From the IMG/VR virus record IMGVR_UViG_3300012347_000482, positions 1-53,050 of that record: a stretch of 53,050 nucleotides of DNA. One strand, given 5' to 3'. A program made the translations under genes and the position numbers. Within the stretch, counting starts at the first letter, position 1. Each line of letters starts with the position of its first letter. Source of the stretch: a virus. Taxonomy: Duplodnaviria > Heunggongvirae > Uroviricota > Caudoviricetes. Positions 27,008 through 35,815 of this stretch are shown piece after piece. Below the pieces are notes generated by a model. It did not search any database and was not told where the DNA came from. It saw nothing but the letters and a program-made list of their open reading frames with translations.

Positions 27008-27262
27008 TTATCGAATCGGAGTAAAAGTGTAAGTTGATACCTTACAACTGTCAGTATCATACTTGCTAAATGTATAAATGATACCTTTTGTCCAGTATTT
27101 CCAACTTTCTGAGTAATACTTACTCGAGTTGTACTTGCTTACTTCTTCGGGAGCACCGTATTTTGCACGAGCATCGTCCATTAATGTATCGCATCCGTCA
27201 TCACTGCCCCCACATGCTGATAATGCCATTGCGATAGCTAATGTACTTAATATGAGTTTCAT
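27008..27262 (-). CDS. Putative lipoprotein
   Basis: Lipobox LSAC at residues 14-17; AKYGAP..V...W.Y resembles small SmpA-like domains. Confidence 0.75.
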   Translation of the reverse strand: MKLILSTLAIAMALSACGGSDDGCDTLMDDARAKYGAPEEVSKYNSSKYYSESWKYWTKGIIYTFSKYDTDSCKVSTYTFTPIR

Positions 27263-27277
27263 AGGATAGTTCCTTAA

Positions 27278-27331
27278 TGTTGTTGTTTAAAATGTAATTA
27301 TAACACAACTTTTTACGGTTGTGTTTGAATT
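27278..27331 (-). promoter_or_regulatory. Stem-loop promoter cassette, copy 3
   Basis: 54 bp perfectly identical to 39740-39793. Confidence 0.8.
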
Positions 27332-27336
27332 ATAAT

Positions 27337-27786
27337 TTACCAGCTGGCTTGGTAGTAAAAATCCCACTCTCTATACTCTTCACTTAACAGTGGCTCGATT
27401 TGTGTAATTGTCGAGTCTAAGTCGCCGATGTATGCCTCGCCGTAGTCTGTGCTACCAAAGAAGAACCCATTTGTAGTTGGTAGCAAGTCTGGTGCTCGTT
27501 CGGGGAATGCAATAACCTCCATACAAATGCGAACTAACTCTTGAAGTTGATCGTATGATAACGAGACCCGCGAGCAGTCATCGACTCCTTCGTTACAATT
27601 TGTAACTATCCAGTTGTGAATAGCATTTGCTTTCCTCCAATATGCTACTTCGGCAGTGATAGTTTTAATTTTGCCCGACATACGCGAGGGCAATGGCAGG
27701 GTTGATAGCTGAGCAAGAAGCTGTGCATCGCGACTATCGTATTGTGATACATAACGTTCTGCGTTTAAATACATATCTAAGCCCAT
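27337..27786 (-). CDS. Conserved hypothetical phage protein
   Basis: MGLDMYL...VAYWRKANAIHNW...LLPTTNGFFFGSTDY...FYYQASW. Confidence 0.85.
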   Translation of the reverse strand: MGLDMYLNAERYVSQYDSRDAQLLAQLSTLPLPSRMSGKIKTITAEVAYWRKANAIHNWIVTNCNEGVDDCSRVSLSYDQLQELVRICMEVIAFPERAPDLLPTTNGFFFGSTDYGEAYIGDLDSTITQIEPLLSEEYREWDFYYQASW

Positions 27787-27825
27787 AATTTACTCCTAAA
27801 TTTTAATTACACAAATCGCCAATGG

Positions 27826-28098
27826 TTAAATTACTTCAAGTAAGTTAGCCGGAACTGAATATAGATTGCCACTACAATTGACAACACTGTTTTTAATACC
27901 CATTTTAATAACAGTGCCCCGTTCAACAAGTTTTTTTCGAGGATGAGTAAACCTTACTCGCGTACCGATTTTAATTTCCTTTGCTTTCATTTTAGCAATT
28001 ACCGATTTTGCATTTTTAATCGCATTGGTAATTTCTGTTAGTTCATCATTTGTGTATGTGCCATCCTTAATAGCATCGACAATTTCTCTGTAATCCAT
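27826..28098 (-). CDS. Small SH3/KOW-like protein, paralogue of 24432-24713
   Basis: GTRVRFT...GTVIKMGIKNSVV....YSVPANLL; start MDYREIV. Confidence 0.75.
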   Translation of the reverse strand: MDYREIVDAIKDGTYTNDELTEITNAIKNAKSVIAKMKAKEIKIGTRVRFTHPRKKLVERGTVIKMGIKNSVVNCSGNLYSVPANLLEVI

Positions 28099-28173
28099 GT
28101 ATACACCTTTGTGTTGCTGTTGTAACTGTATTATAGCATAATTTTTTACGGCTTGCAATTGAGCAAAAATTGA

Positions 28174-28557
28174 TTAGCCAAACAACATTGAAATCATCAA
28201 TGCATCATTCGGATCATTGCACGCGACATATATTTTGTCTTCTCCCCACAAAGGTGATTGCACAACACCAGAAATCACAGGATCCCAACTAACTCGATCA
28301 ATCCCCCATACACAAGTAGTGGCTATTGATCGAGCAGGCCAAAAGTACGGCAGTGCTCGATCATTTAGATCAATTCCGTGTTCTTTGAAAAATTTAGTAT
28401 AATCGACTGGTATCAAATATGCAAAATGCGAGTACTTATCAGCAATTGAATGACTGTGATGTTTAATTACTGAGTGCTTCCACTTTACAAATCTGTATAG
28501 GTCGCGATTGTGCTTCCAATCGCGATACCAGTCGATAATACAATTAATCATCTTCAA
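28174..28557 (-). CDS. Hypothetical phage protein
   Basis: 127 aa; C-terminal ND.NDALMISM.FG pattern. Confidence 0.7.
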   Translation of the reverse strand: MKMINCIIDWYRDWKHNRDLYRFVKWKHSVIKHHSHSIADKYSHFAYLIPVDYTKFFKEHGIDLNDRALPYFWPARSIATTCVWGIDRVSWDPVISGVVQSPLWGEDKIYVACNDPNDALMISMLFG

Positions 28558-28964
28558 CTATGAATTGCTGACAACAAGGCTAAGTGTTTAAATAGCAATT
28601 CGTTGTATTCAGCAAACGGAGAAGTATCGGTATTAGTTAGTTTATCTACTGTACCTGCTACGATTTGTGAATTCTCTTCGGCAATAAAGTCCGTGAAAGA
28701 CCAGTTATTTGCTTTGTTATAAAGAAAGGTTGTTGTTTCAAACTCTACTTCGCCGGGGCACACCGATGTGAACAGTTCTTTAAGAAGTTCAGGCTCAATT
28801 GAAATACCCAGTTCTTCTTTAGCTTCGCGAATCATAGCGTCAACAGTAGTTTCCCCTTCATTTACTTTGCCTCCGGGTAATCCAATTTTGCTCGCATCAT
28901 TTTTTCGTGTAACAGACACTAGTGAGTCATCGGCAATCAGTACCAAACATACTGCTTTATTCAT
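28554..28964 (-). CDS. Nudix hydrolase
   Basis: Nudix box GGKVNEGETTVDAMIREAKEELGI. Confidence 0.92.
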   Translation of the reverse strand: MNKAVCLVLIADDSLVSVTRKNDASKIGLPGGKVNEGETTVDAMIREAKEELGISIEPELLKELFTSVCPGEVEFETTTFLYNKANNWSFTDFIAEENSQIVAGTVDKLTNTDTSPFAEYNELLFKHLALLSAIHS

Positions 28965-28990
28965 ATTATTTCCTTTTCGTTAGTTACTTA

Positions 28991-29335
28991 TCATTCAGTC
29001 TCATCTTCGTCTTCATATTCCTCATCTTCATCCTCATCATCTTCGTCCTCGTCCTCATCTTCATCCTCGTCATCTTCGAAGCCGTACTTGAAAAGTTCGT
29101 GAGCGTATGTGTCAGTAATGTCTTGTTCAATGTCGAGCATAAAAAACTGTAATCTTTGTAACATCGTTGTAAAATCAATATTTGTCGAAGTATGTATAGT
29201 TTTAAATTTGTCAAATGCGGCCGCAAACTCACCTAACGAGTCGTACAATTCTTGAAGTGCCTCGCTCACGGTTTCGTAGTCAGGCAGGTGGTTGTCGGGA
29301 ATAGGAGCTGGAGTTGGTGTTGTAGTATCTGTCAT
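28991..29335 (-). CDS. Highly acidic protein with poly-D/E tail
   Basis: C-terminus EDDEDEDEDEDEDDEDEDEEYEDEDETE. Confidence 0.75.
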   Translation of the reverse strand: MTDTTTPTPAPIPDNHLPDYETVSEALQELYDSLGEFAAAFDKFKTIHTSTNIDFTTMLQRLQFFMLDIEQDITDTYAHELFKYGFEDDEDEDEDEDEDDEDEDEEYEDEDETE

Positions 29336-29350
29336 AATGTTTCCTTTTGT

Positions 29351-29716
29351 TTAAATATCGTCTGAATGTTTAATGTGATTCTCAGCGGCTTCGTACACTA
29401 CCGCCCATAACTTATCTTCGTCAATAGCAAATTTATCATCAAGAATAATATCACCTATGTTAAATCTAAGTCTACCAATGTCAGATTCGATGCTAAGTGA
29501 CATTAGTAGTAAGTGTTCTACTATATAGTGAGCATTTTCCCCAATTCCGTTTACAAATACAGAAGGGCATGCCGATTCTATTCCTGCTAGCATCCGTACA
29601 GCGCCTGGATATACTGTTTCATACACAGACTCAGTTAGGCTATCTACAGCGTTAAGATATGCTTCGTTATCTTCGTGAGCACGATCTAACGCTAACCAAT
29701 GGTTATTTAAATTCAT
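29351..29716 (-). CDS. Hypothetical protein
   Basis: 121 aa co-oriented. Confidence 0.7.
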   Translation of the reverse strand: MNLNNHWLALDRAHEDNEAYLNAVDSLTESVYETVYPGAVRMLAGIESACPSVFVNGIGENAHYIVEHLLLMSLSIESDIGRLRFNIGDIILDDKFAIDEDKLWAVVYEAAENHIKHSDDI

Positions 29717-29723
29717 AATTTGA

Positions 29724-29975
29724 TTACTCGAGGTCGTTCATTTCTTTGCGTTGTTCAATTTCGGCAATAAGCTCAGCATCTGTGAAATTAGCGTAGCCTT
29801 TAAATCCAAGCCATATGTAGTCTCTTAACAATTCAAAATCAAAGTCCGACTGAGTAATGTATTTGATATCGCTGTCCACTAACCATTGCTCTGCTTGCTC
29901 TCTATTAAAAGTATCAAGTGTAGTTGATATATTCGCCGTGTTGCCGGTTGTGTTATCAGAATTTGAAGAAGTCAT
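29724..29975 (-). CDS. Hypothetical phage protein
   Basis: L..GFKGY.NFTDAELIAE pattern. Confidence 0.7.
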   Translation of the reverse strand: MTSSNSDNTTGNTANISTTLDTFNREQAEQWLVDSDIKYITQSDFDFELLRDYIWLGFKGYANFTDAELIAEIEQRKEMNDLE

Positions 29976-30047
29976 TTTGTTACCTTTATGTTATACTAGC
30001 AAAATTGTATTATACACGCATTTTGCTAGGTTGTGTTGATTTAAAAA

Positions 30048-30398
30048 TTAGCTAACTGAATCACGACACTTTAATAGTTCGACTAGTCTAAGAGATTCAG
30101 GTAGTGCATCGAGCCAATTATCGTAGCTATAACGGACATTGTGCAAATACCAGTCGCATTCTCCGTGCGCATATTCTACAGCAGGACCATCTTCTCGATG
30201 CATCTCTCCATTTATCATCCACGCACTGTGTCGGCCTGGAAAGATACATGCAGGTCCGTCGAGTCGGTGAAGCAGTCCATTTTGCCTCCATTCAATTACT
30301 CCGTGTGCCCATTCAACAGCTGGGCCATCGTCGCGATGAATTCGCCCCTCGTCGTTAAACCAAATAGTTGTACCAGAACTGAAAGTCTTCTTAATCAT
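30048..30398 (-). CDS. HRxDGPA repeat protein (type-2 cap)
   Basis: Start MIKKTF (ATGA overlap); 3 repeats; cap YDNWLDALPESLRLVELLK. Confidence 0.85.
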   Translation of the reverse strand: MIKKTFSSGTTIWFNDEGRIHRDDGPAVEWAHGVIEWRQNGLLHRLDGPACIFPGRHSAWMINGEMHREDGPAVEYAHGECDWYLHNVRYSYDNWLDALPESLRLVELLKCRDSVS

Positions 30399-31363
30399 AC
30401 TACTCCTTTGTTGCTCATAACCCAATGTGTAAATTTGTCAACTTCATGATCGTTAACGTACCACTCTTGTCTACCATCTGCACGTATAACAGCAGGACCA
30501 TCTGTTCGATGGCGTTCATCATTTTGATACCACTCCTGAGTTCCGTTTGCCCTAATAACAGCAGGCCCATCAGTTCGGTGACGCTTACCATTAACCCACC
30601 ATTCTTGATTACCATTTGCACTATTTACAGCAGGGCCGTCAAGTCGATGGCGCTTTCCGTTGACCCACCATGCTGTACTGCCATCTGCATACATAGTAGC
30701 AGGACTATCGATTCGATGATAAAACCCATTTATCATCCATGCTCGATATCCGCTAGGATCAATAACAGCAGGCTCGTCTAGTCGATGTTGAGATCCGTTA
30801 ACCCACCATTCTTGAGTACCATCTGCATATACAACAGCAGGGCCGTCTTCTCGATGAAGATGTCCATTGACTCGCCATTCTTGATGTCCGCTAGTATGAA
30901 CTACTGCAGGGCCGTCAGTTCGATGCTGCTCCCCATTAACCCACCATTCTCTAGCATGAGCACCATGCACTATCGCAGGGCCATCTGTTCGATGTCTCTT
31001 ACCTTGATAAAACCATTCTTGATCACCGTCTGGGTTTTCAATAGCAGGACCATCTGTTCGATGCTTCTTACCATTAACCCACCAAGCTTTATGTCCTGTT
31101 GCGTGCTCTATAGCAGGCCCGTCGTCTCGGTGTCGTACGCCATTTCGATACCACTCTTTTCTGCCTTTGTTGCTTTCTATAGCAGGCCCGTCGTCTCGGT
31201 GCAATTTATTAAGACGATACCATTTGTTGATGCCGGTTGCAAATGTAACTGCAGGGCCGTCTTCTCGATGAAGCAGCCCGTTTAAATACCATTCGATGAT
31301 ATTACCTGAGTCTTTTTCTACAACTACCGGTTGCGGAGTTAATTGATTAACTGTATTAGTCAT
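30395..31363 (-). CDS. HRxDGPA repeat protein (long)
   Basis: Likely start MTNTV at 31363, downstream of promoter 31395-31423. Confidence 0.88.
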   Translation of the reverse strand: MTNTVNQLTPQPVVVEKDSGNIIEWYLNGLLHREDGPAVTFATGINKWYRLNKLHRDDGPAIESNKGRKEWYRNGVRHRDDGPAIEHATGHKAWWVNGKKHRTDGPAIENPDGDQEWFYQGKRHRTDGPAIVHGAHAREWWVNGEQHRTDGPAVVHTSGHQEWRVNGHLHREDGPAVVYADGTQEWWVNGSQHRLDEPAVIDPSGYRAWMINGFYHRIDSPATMYADGSTAWWVNGKRHRLDGPAVNSANGNQEWWVNGKRHRTDGPAVIRANGTQEWYQNDERHRTDGPAVIRADGRQEWYVNDHEVDKFTHWVMSNKGVV

Positions 31364-31394
31364 ATGCCATACGTTGTATTGTTTACATAACTGT

Positions 31395-31423
31395 ATTATA
31401 ACATAAAAATTTGTGGTTGCAAA
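31395..31423 (-). promoter_or_regulatory. Promoter TTTGCA-17-TATAAT
   Basis: -10 at 31395-31400, -35 at 31418-31423. Confidence 0.7.
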
Positions 31424-31468
31424 GTGGTTGTAATGTGTTTGCTGTATGCTACACAAAATACAACCAAC

Positions 31469-31570
31469 TTTAAAACGCATTAAAACACGTTTTAAGCGTG
31501 AACTGCCATATGCTGTGTATATGTGTATGCACAACAAAAAAACACGCTTAAAACGTGAGTGTTCGATATA
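31469..31570. repeat. Nested-palindrome dispersed element, copy 2
   Basis: 15-bp perfect outer IR 31486-31500/31543-31557 enclosing inner hairpin TGTGTATA/TATGCACA. Confidence 0.8.
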
Positions 31571-31575
31571 CCATG

Positions 31576-31866
31576 CTAAGTACTCAGCATCGCCAATAGT
31601 TTATATTGGTCGGGTAATTGATCAACCCAGTCTTTATAGGAGTATTGTTTATCATCGATACACCACTGTCGTAATCCGTTAAAATATGTAACTGCTGGGC
31701 CATCTAGTCGATGGCATTTTCCATGCCAATACCATGCAGAGGTACCCGAGGAAAGAATCATTGCAGGGCCGTCTTCTCGATGTAGCAGCCCGTTGACTGT
31801 CCAGGTAATCGTGCCAACTTCGCTAATTTTCATTTCACTTGGTGAATCAGATAAACATGTGTTCAT
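31576..31866 (-). CDS. Short HRxDGPA repeat protein (type-2 cap)
   Basis: 96 aa, 2 repeats. Confidence 0.85.
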   Translation of the reverse strand: MNTCLSDSPSEMKISEVGTITWTVNGLLHREDGPAMILSSGTSAWYWHGKCHRLDGPAVTYFNGLRQWCIDDKQYSYKDWVDQLPDQYKLLAMLST

Positions 31867-32228
31867 AACCCTAGTACTTTCTTTTCTTCGTCTGATAACT
31901 TGCTCATCGCTTTGAGTTTAAGTTCTAATTCTGCTTTTTGTTTATCTAACTCTGCGATATTAGCTTTTAACGCGTCGTCGGGACCAACAGTAATGGAAGC
32001 TCTAGGCTTATCATATTTGCCAACTCGTTGTTCCCAGGTTATCGATTGTCCAGAATTCGGGCATTGCTGTAAATAAACTATATTGCCATCAATTCTAATT
32101 ATGTCAATAACAGTGCCATTATGATTAACAGTGCTAACCTTTTCTACCGTCAGTTCGCTAGGCGTTGATTTACCGCAGCTAACCAAACCCAATAAAGCTA
32201 AACCCAATACGATAGTAGTCTTTTTCAT
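31863..32228 (-). CDS. Putative lipoprotein with C-terminal coiled coil
   Basis: Lipobox LVSC; LKANIAELDKQKAELELKL. Confidence 0.75.
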   Translation of the reverse strand: MKKTTIVLGLALLGLVSCGKSTPSELTVEKVSTVNHNGTVIDIIRIDGNIVYLQQCPNSGQSITWEQRVGKYDKPRASITVGPDDALKANIAELDKQKAELELKLKAMSKLSDEEKKVLGL

Positions 32229-32292
32229 AACGAACCCTTTTAATATGTTAATTGTTTATCTTCACAGTGACTAACTTTGTTTGACCCACTAG

Positions 32293-32535
32293 TTACAGAT
32301 TTCTCATATCTGTGCTAACCGGCCGTACACCAGTTTCTTTTTCAAAAGCATTAACAAGAGCTAGTGGGTTCACATGTCCCTTAGCGTCCTCCATAGTTGC
32401 TTTGAAACATCCAAACGCAATTGATTCGGCTAACTTTTGTATTGAATGCCAACCTTCGCATTCAATGTGTTGAGGATTTTCTTTAGAAAATTTTAAACCT
32501 GCTTCTTCGGCTAATTGTTTAAGTTTGTCAGTCAT
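32293..32535 (-). CDS. 'EKFAEL' family, divergent member
   Basis: KLKQLAEEAG...QKLAESIAFGC. Confidence 0.7.
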   Translation of the reverse strand: MTDKLKQLAEEAGLKFSKENPQHIECEGWHSIQKLAESIAFGCFKATMEDAKGHVNPLALVNAFEKETGVRPVSTDMRNL

Positions 32536-32795
32536 TTTTCAATTCCAAAATGTTTTCTAATCAACGATATTTTGCCATACAATAATTCCAATCCGTCTAC
32601 TCCTCCCATATACCCCTGGGCAAAAGCCTCGTGATGACTCGTAGGTTTAACCAAATCAATACAGTCATTAATAATTAGCTCGGCAAACTTTTCTAATTCA
32701 GATTCGCTAAATTCGTAACACTCGTGTACATGTCCGTTATCAAATTCTGTTTGGCAAAAGTGTTCTTTAGCCAGTTCTTTAATTCGTTCGTTCAT
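32532..32795 (-). CDS. 'EKFAEL' family small protein
   Basis: MNERIKELA...LEKFAELIINDC...IRKHFGIEK. Confidence 0.85.
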   Translation of the reverse strand: MNERIKELAKEHFCQTEFDNGHVHECYEFSESELEKFAELIINDCIDLVKPTSHHEAFAQGYMGGVDGLELLYGKISLIRKHFGIEK

Positions 32796-32807
32796 TAGTA
32801 TTTCCTA

Positions 32808-33080
32808 TTATTTGTTTAACAATTTGAAATATGCCGCTACCTCGTCATGACTCATAAGTCTGTTTTCTGTGAGCCTTACGCCATGCTTAAGAGCATTTAC
32901 TGCCATATCAAATGAGGGAGTAATAGTTTTACACAAGTAATAGTTATTTGGATGTATACCAGCTTCGTCCATTTTCGTCCATGCCTCTGGATCTAATACT
33001 CGCGCCATTGCATGTATATCCCAATGCGAATAATCATTAATGGGTTGTTTTGTAATCTTGCGTTTCAAACAATTAAACAT
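32808..33080 (-). CDS. Hypothetical protein
   Basis: 90 aa; GGA RBS. Confidence 0.7.
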   Translation of the reverse strand: MFNCLKRKITKQPINDYSHWDIHAMARVLDPEAWTKMDEAGIHPNNYYLCKTITPSFDMAVNALKHGVRLTENRLMSHDEVAAYFKLLNK

Positions 33081-33092
33081 AATTTAGTTCCT

Positions 33093-33170
33093 TCAGTTTT
33101 CAATTCCAAAATGTTTTGTAATTTCACACCAACCCAGGACGCTGTGTCGCTCTGACACTTTGGCAATCAT
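33093..33170 (-). pseudogene. Orphan 3' fragment of an 'EKFAEL' gene
   Basis: 25-aa micro-ORF MIAKVSERHSVLGWCEITKHFGIEN directly behind a consensus promoter. Confidence 0.55.
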
Positions 33171-33193
33171 TAATAGCTTGTTGTTAAGTATCA

Positions 33194-33222
33194 ATTATAC
33201 TATAAAAATTGTTGGTTGTCAA
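33194..33222 (-). promoter_or_regulatory. Perfect sigma70 consensus promoter TTGACA-17-TATAAT
   Basis: -10 at 33194-33199, -35 at 33217-33222. Confidence 0.85.
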
Positions 33223-33229
33223 ACAGAAT

Positions 33230-33250
33230 ATGGGACTATTTAAGTCCCAT
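33230..33250 (-). terminator. Hairpin terminator
   Basis: ATGGGACT/AGTCCCAT 8-bp stem after 33262-33528. Confidence 0.6.
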
Positions 33251-33261
33251 GGTTAGCTCGT

Positions 33262-33528
33262 TTATACGTTTCCTAATCCAATACGACTGTAGCCCAACTT
33301 TGAACTAACTTCTCGGCGACTTTCTCGATATTCTATTTCAATACCGGCGATAAACTCATGAATTGCTTTTGCTTGTTCGGGATTATTATTTTGCCACTCT
33401 GCTAAAAACTTTTCAGCATCATCAGTAGTCGGCAACTTAAAAGCAGTTGTGCGTAGTTCTCTCAGTTTGCAAGCCATAGGGTGATCTAGTTTCATTATGC
33501 TGTCAATTAGGTTATCGTGTTTAGTCAT
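33262..33528 (-). CDS. Hypothetical protein
   Basis: 88 aa; GGAG RBS. Confidence 0.7.
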   Translation of the reverse strand: MTKHDNLIDSIMKLDHPMACKLRELRTTAFKLPTTDDAEKFLAEWQNNNPEQAKAIHEFIAGIEIEYRESRREVSSKLGYSRIGLGNV

Positions 33529-33531
33529 TTG

Positions 33532-33687
33532 TTAACTCCAGGCAAATCTAAACTTACCAACAATAATTTCATAAATCTTCATACCTTCATATACAGTAGT
33601 GCCAAGTCTAAACAAATGAGTTACATGCTCGCCTTTGTGACTTTTAGTATACCATAATCCATCTTTTGAATATTCAATTTTAGTCAT
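33532..33687 (-). CDS. Small hypothetical protein
   Basis: Manual translation, 51 aa MTKIEYSKDGLWYTKSHKG...FAWS; overlaps stop of 33684-33938. Confidence 0.6.
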   Translation of the reverse strand: MTKIEYSKDGLWYTKSHKGEHVTHLFRLGTTVYEGMKIYEIIVGKFRFAWS

Positions 33688-33938
33688 TTTTCAATTCCAA
33701 AATGTTTCTTAATATGCTGTGCCATAGCACTGTGCTCGGGTCTAACACCCGCTTGGCTAGGAGCCCAATCAATCCAGTCTGTTCCTTTTTCTATGATTTG
33801 TTCAACACACTCCTGGACAACCAACTCAGCGAACTTTTCAGTGTATCGTTTCTTCCACACATCAAACACCATGCTAGAATTATCAGATACAGCATACAAA
33901 GAAGCCTGCTCGGCAAGTTCTTTAATTTGGGCGTTCAT
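33684..33938 (-). CDS. 'EKFAEL' family small protein
   Basis: IKELAEQA...TEKFAELVVQEC...IKKHFGIEK. Confidence 0.85.
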   Translation of the reverse strand: MNAQIKELAEQASLYAVSDNSSMVFDVWKKRYTEKFAELVVQECVEQIIEKGTDWIDWAPSQAGVRPEHSAMAQHIKKHFGIEK

Positions 33939-34192
33939 TCTTTAATTCCAAAATGTTTGTTAATATCCTGCCAAATAAACTGTCTAGCACGTTGAAACCC
34001 TTCTCGATAATCTTCGTTTGTTTCTATCGTTACTTTATTATAAACAATGTCAGCACATTCTTTTACAATCAACTCAGCAAACTTTTCCAATGCGTGAATC
34101 GTCATACAGCCATCCATGGATTTGCCATACAAATCTGCTCCCATTTCTTCCCAGCCCATCTGCGAAACAAGTTCTTTAATTCGGTCGTTCAT
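33935..34192 (-). CDS. 'EKFAEL' family small protein
   Basis: MNDRIKEL...LEKFAELIVKEC...INKHFGIKE. Confidence 0.85.
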   Translation of the reverse strand: MNDRIKELVSQMGWEEMGADLYGKSMDGCMTIHALEKFAELIVKECADIVYNKVTIETNEDYREGFQRARQFIWQDINKHFGIKE

Positions 34193-34409
34193 TTTTTAAC
34201 TCAAAAACAATCCAAGGTTCAGGTTTAACTTTCCAGTGATCCTTATTCCAAAGTCCTACTGGATTTTCTTCCCAGGTCTCTTTCAAGATGTTTTGAAGAT
34301 CCGCATGTTGTTGCGCTTCTTCTCTCGTACGATATTTCATCGGCATTTGATTAGGATCATTTGGACTCACTGCACCGTATTTATAACCGAATTTATTTTC
34401 TGTACTCAT
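34176..34409 (-). CDS. Hypothetical protein (cargo within the EKFAEL array)
   Basis: 77 aa, unrelated to neighbours. Confidence 0.65.
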   Translation of the reverse strand: MSTENKFGYKYGAVSPNDPNQMPMKYRTREEAQQHADLQNILKETWEENPVGLWNKDHWKVKPEPWIVFELKNERPN

Positions 34410-34711
34410 TCTTTAATTCCAAAGTGTTGGTTAATATCTTCATCTGACAGTTCGTCGGCCTCCATTTCAAGAAACATAGCAACATCGTTACCAGTGAACT
34501 GTTCCTTACTTACATTGGCATATTTTTTAGCAGAGTACAGCATACCTGCTCGAAACGCTTCTGACATAATCAACTCAGCAAACTTTTCTATAAAAACTTC
34601 TTGTAGAGGTTTTTCAGCTATTTCAGGAGTTTCTTTAAATCGGTTATCAAACCCATACATTACTGCCTGTTGATATAATTCTTTAATTTTTTCGTTCATG
34701 TCTAATCCCAC
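34406..34711 (-). CDS. 'EKFAEL' family small protein
   Basis: MNEKIKELYQQA...IEKFAELIMSE...INQHFGIKE. Confidence 0.85.
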   Translation of the reverse strand: MGLDMNEKIKELYQQAVMYGFDNRFKETPEIAEKPLQEVFIEKFAELIMSEAFRAGMLYSAKKYANVSKEQFTGNDVAMFLEMEADELSDEDINQHFGIKE

Positions 34712-35169
34712 AAGTTCATGCCAAAATGTTCTAACAACAACAAGTCGATTGCTACATACTCGCCATCTTCTCGTTCGGCTGATTTAACCTCTTTGAGTAA
34801 CACAGCAATGCATTCTTTAACAATCATCTTAGAGAATCTTTCTTGAAAGGCAGCTTCGAACGTTACTCCACTATGTGCATCGTAAACAGCATACTGTTCA
34901 GCTTCTTCAGCAACATGTTTAAGGTTTTCGGTGTTAGCTACATGGTCTAACAATAATACATCAACACTTTCTTCATCGCCATCTTCTCGATATGCTGAAT
35001 ATACTTCTTTGAGCAATACAAAAATACATTCGTCAACAATAAACTCAACAAACTTTTCTCGCCACGGTCGGTCAGCTAGACTGTCACCTAGGCTGCGCCA
35101 CGAATTTTTATTTATTTCTTGAGTCGGGTCTGCTGCATCGTTCGCAATTTGTTGAAATAGTTCATGCAT
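34702..35169 (-). CDS. Tandem double-domain 'EKFAEL' protein
   Basis: EKFVEFIVDECIFVLLKEV..A.REDG and ERFSKMIVKECIAVLLKEV..A.REDG...EHFG. Confidence 0.8.
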   Translation of the reverse strand: MHELFQQIANDAADPTQEINKNSWRSLGDSLADRPWREKFVEFIVDECIFVLLKEVYSAYREDGDEESVDVLLLDHVANTENLKHVAEEAEQYAVYDAHSGVTFEAAFQERFSKMIVKECIAVLLKEVKSAEREDGEYVAIDLLLLEHFGMNLWD

Positions 35170-35204
35170 TATTCTTTAACTCCAAAATGTTGTTTAATTT
35201 TATA

Positions 35205-35564
35205 TTAACGCTCATTGCTTTCAATAGGATTCTCATCGAGTGGTGTATCACTCCAATGGCGTGCTACTGGTGGCATCTTTATCACGCCATAAATATCTGC
35301 TCTATTTTTAGAAAACTCTCCATGTACAATAAAAATATGATAAGTGACCGCATTATATACTGTCCTTGGCTCAAGTGTTTCAATATCAAGTATTGTTGTT
35401 TCGGGTATATTGGAGTCTACTAGTTGACTGTAAGTAGCCGTTCTAAGCTCACAATTTTCTGTAATTGGATTGCCGTAGTTAGTAAATATAACTTCTTCAA
35501 AATGACTACGAATATCATCAATTACTTCTTGTGGTATTTCTTCTTTAGTAAGGTAAGGGTTCAT
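35205..35564 (-). CDS. Hypothetical protein (cargo within the EKFAEL array)
   Basis: 119 aa, unrelated to neighbours. Confidence 0.7.
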   Translation of the reverse strand: MNPYLTKEEIPQEVIDDIRSHFEEVIFTNYGNPITENCELRTATYSQLVDSNIPETTILDIETLEPRTVYNAVTYHIFIVHGEFSKNRADIYGVIKMPPVARHWSDTPLDENPIESNER

Positions 35565-35815
35565 TCTTTAATTCCAAAATGTTGTTTAATTAAAAAGGCT
35601 CCGGTTTTTAAACCATCATCATAACCATTAGTCCACCCTTCACCTGCTTTGCCCAGCTGCCCAGGAGCACGACTCTGAATAGTGTTAACGCATTCCTGGA
35701 TAATCAACCCAGCGAACTTTTCTTTATTAAACACAGATGATGTTGCATCCCAATCTCGTTCATGCGGAACTTCATCATACGATTGCTTAATGAGTTCTTG
35801 TATTCGGTTGTTCAT
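35561..35815 (-). CDS. 'EKFAEL' family small protein
   Basis: MNNRIQELIKQS...KEKFAGLIIQEC...IKQHFGIKE. Confidence 0.85.
   Translation of the reverse strand: MNNRIQELIKQSYDEVPHERDWDATSSVFNKEKFAGLIIQECVNTIQSRAPGQLGKAGEGWTNGYDDGLKTGAFLIKQHFGIKE

Noticed and set aside
31364-31537. Long N-terminal extensions in the ORF track (30395-31537; likewise 16483-16908, 18327-18971, 41294-42568, 44335-44589)
   Set aside because: Extensions run through promoters, palindromic elements or upstream genes; downstream ATGs with RBS fit better
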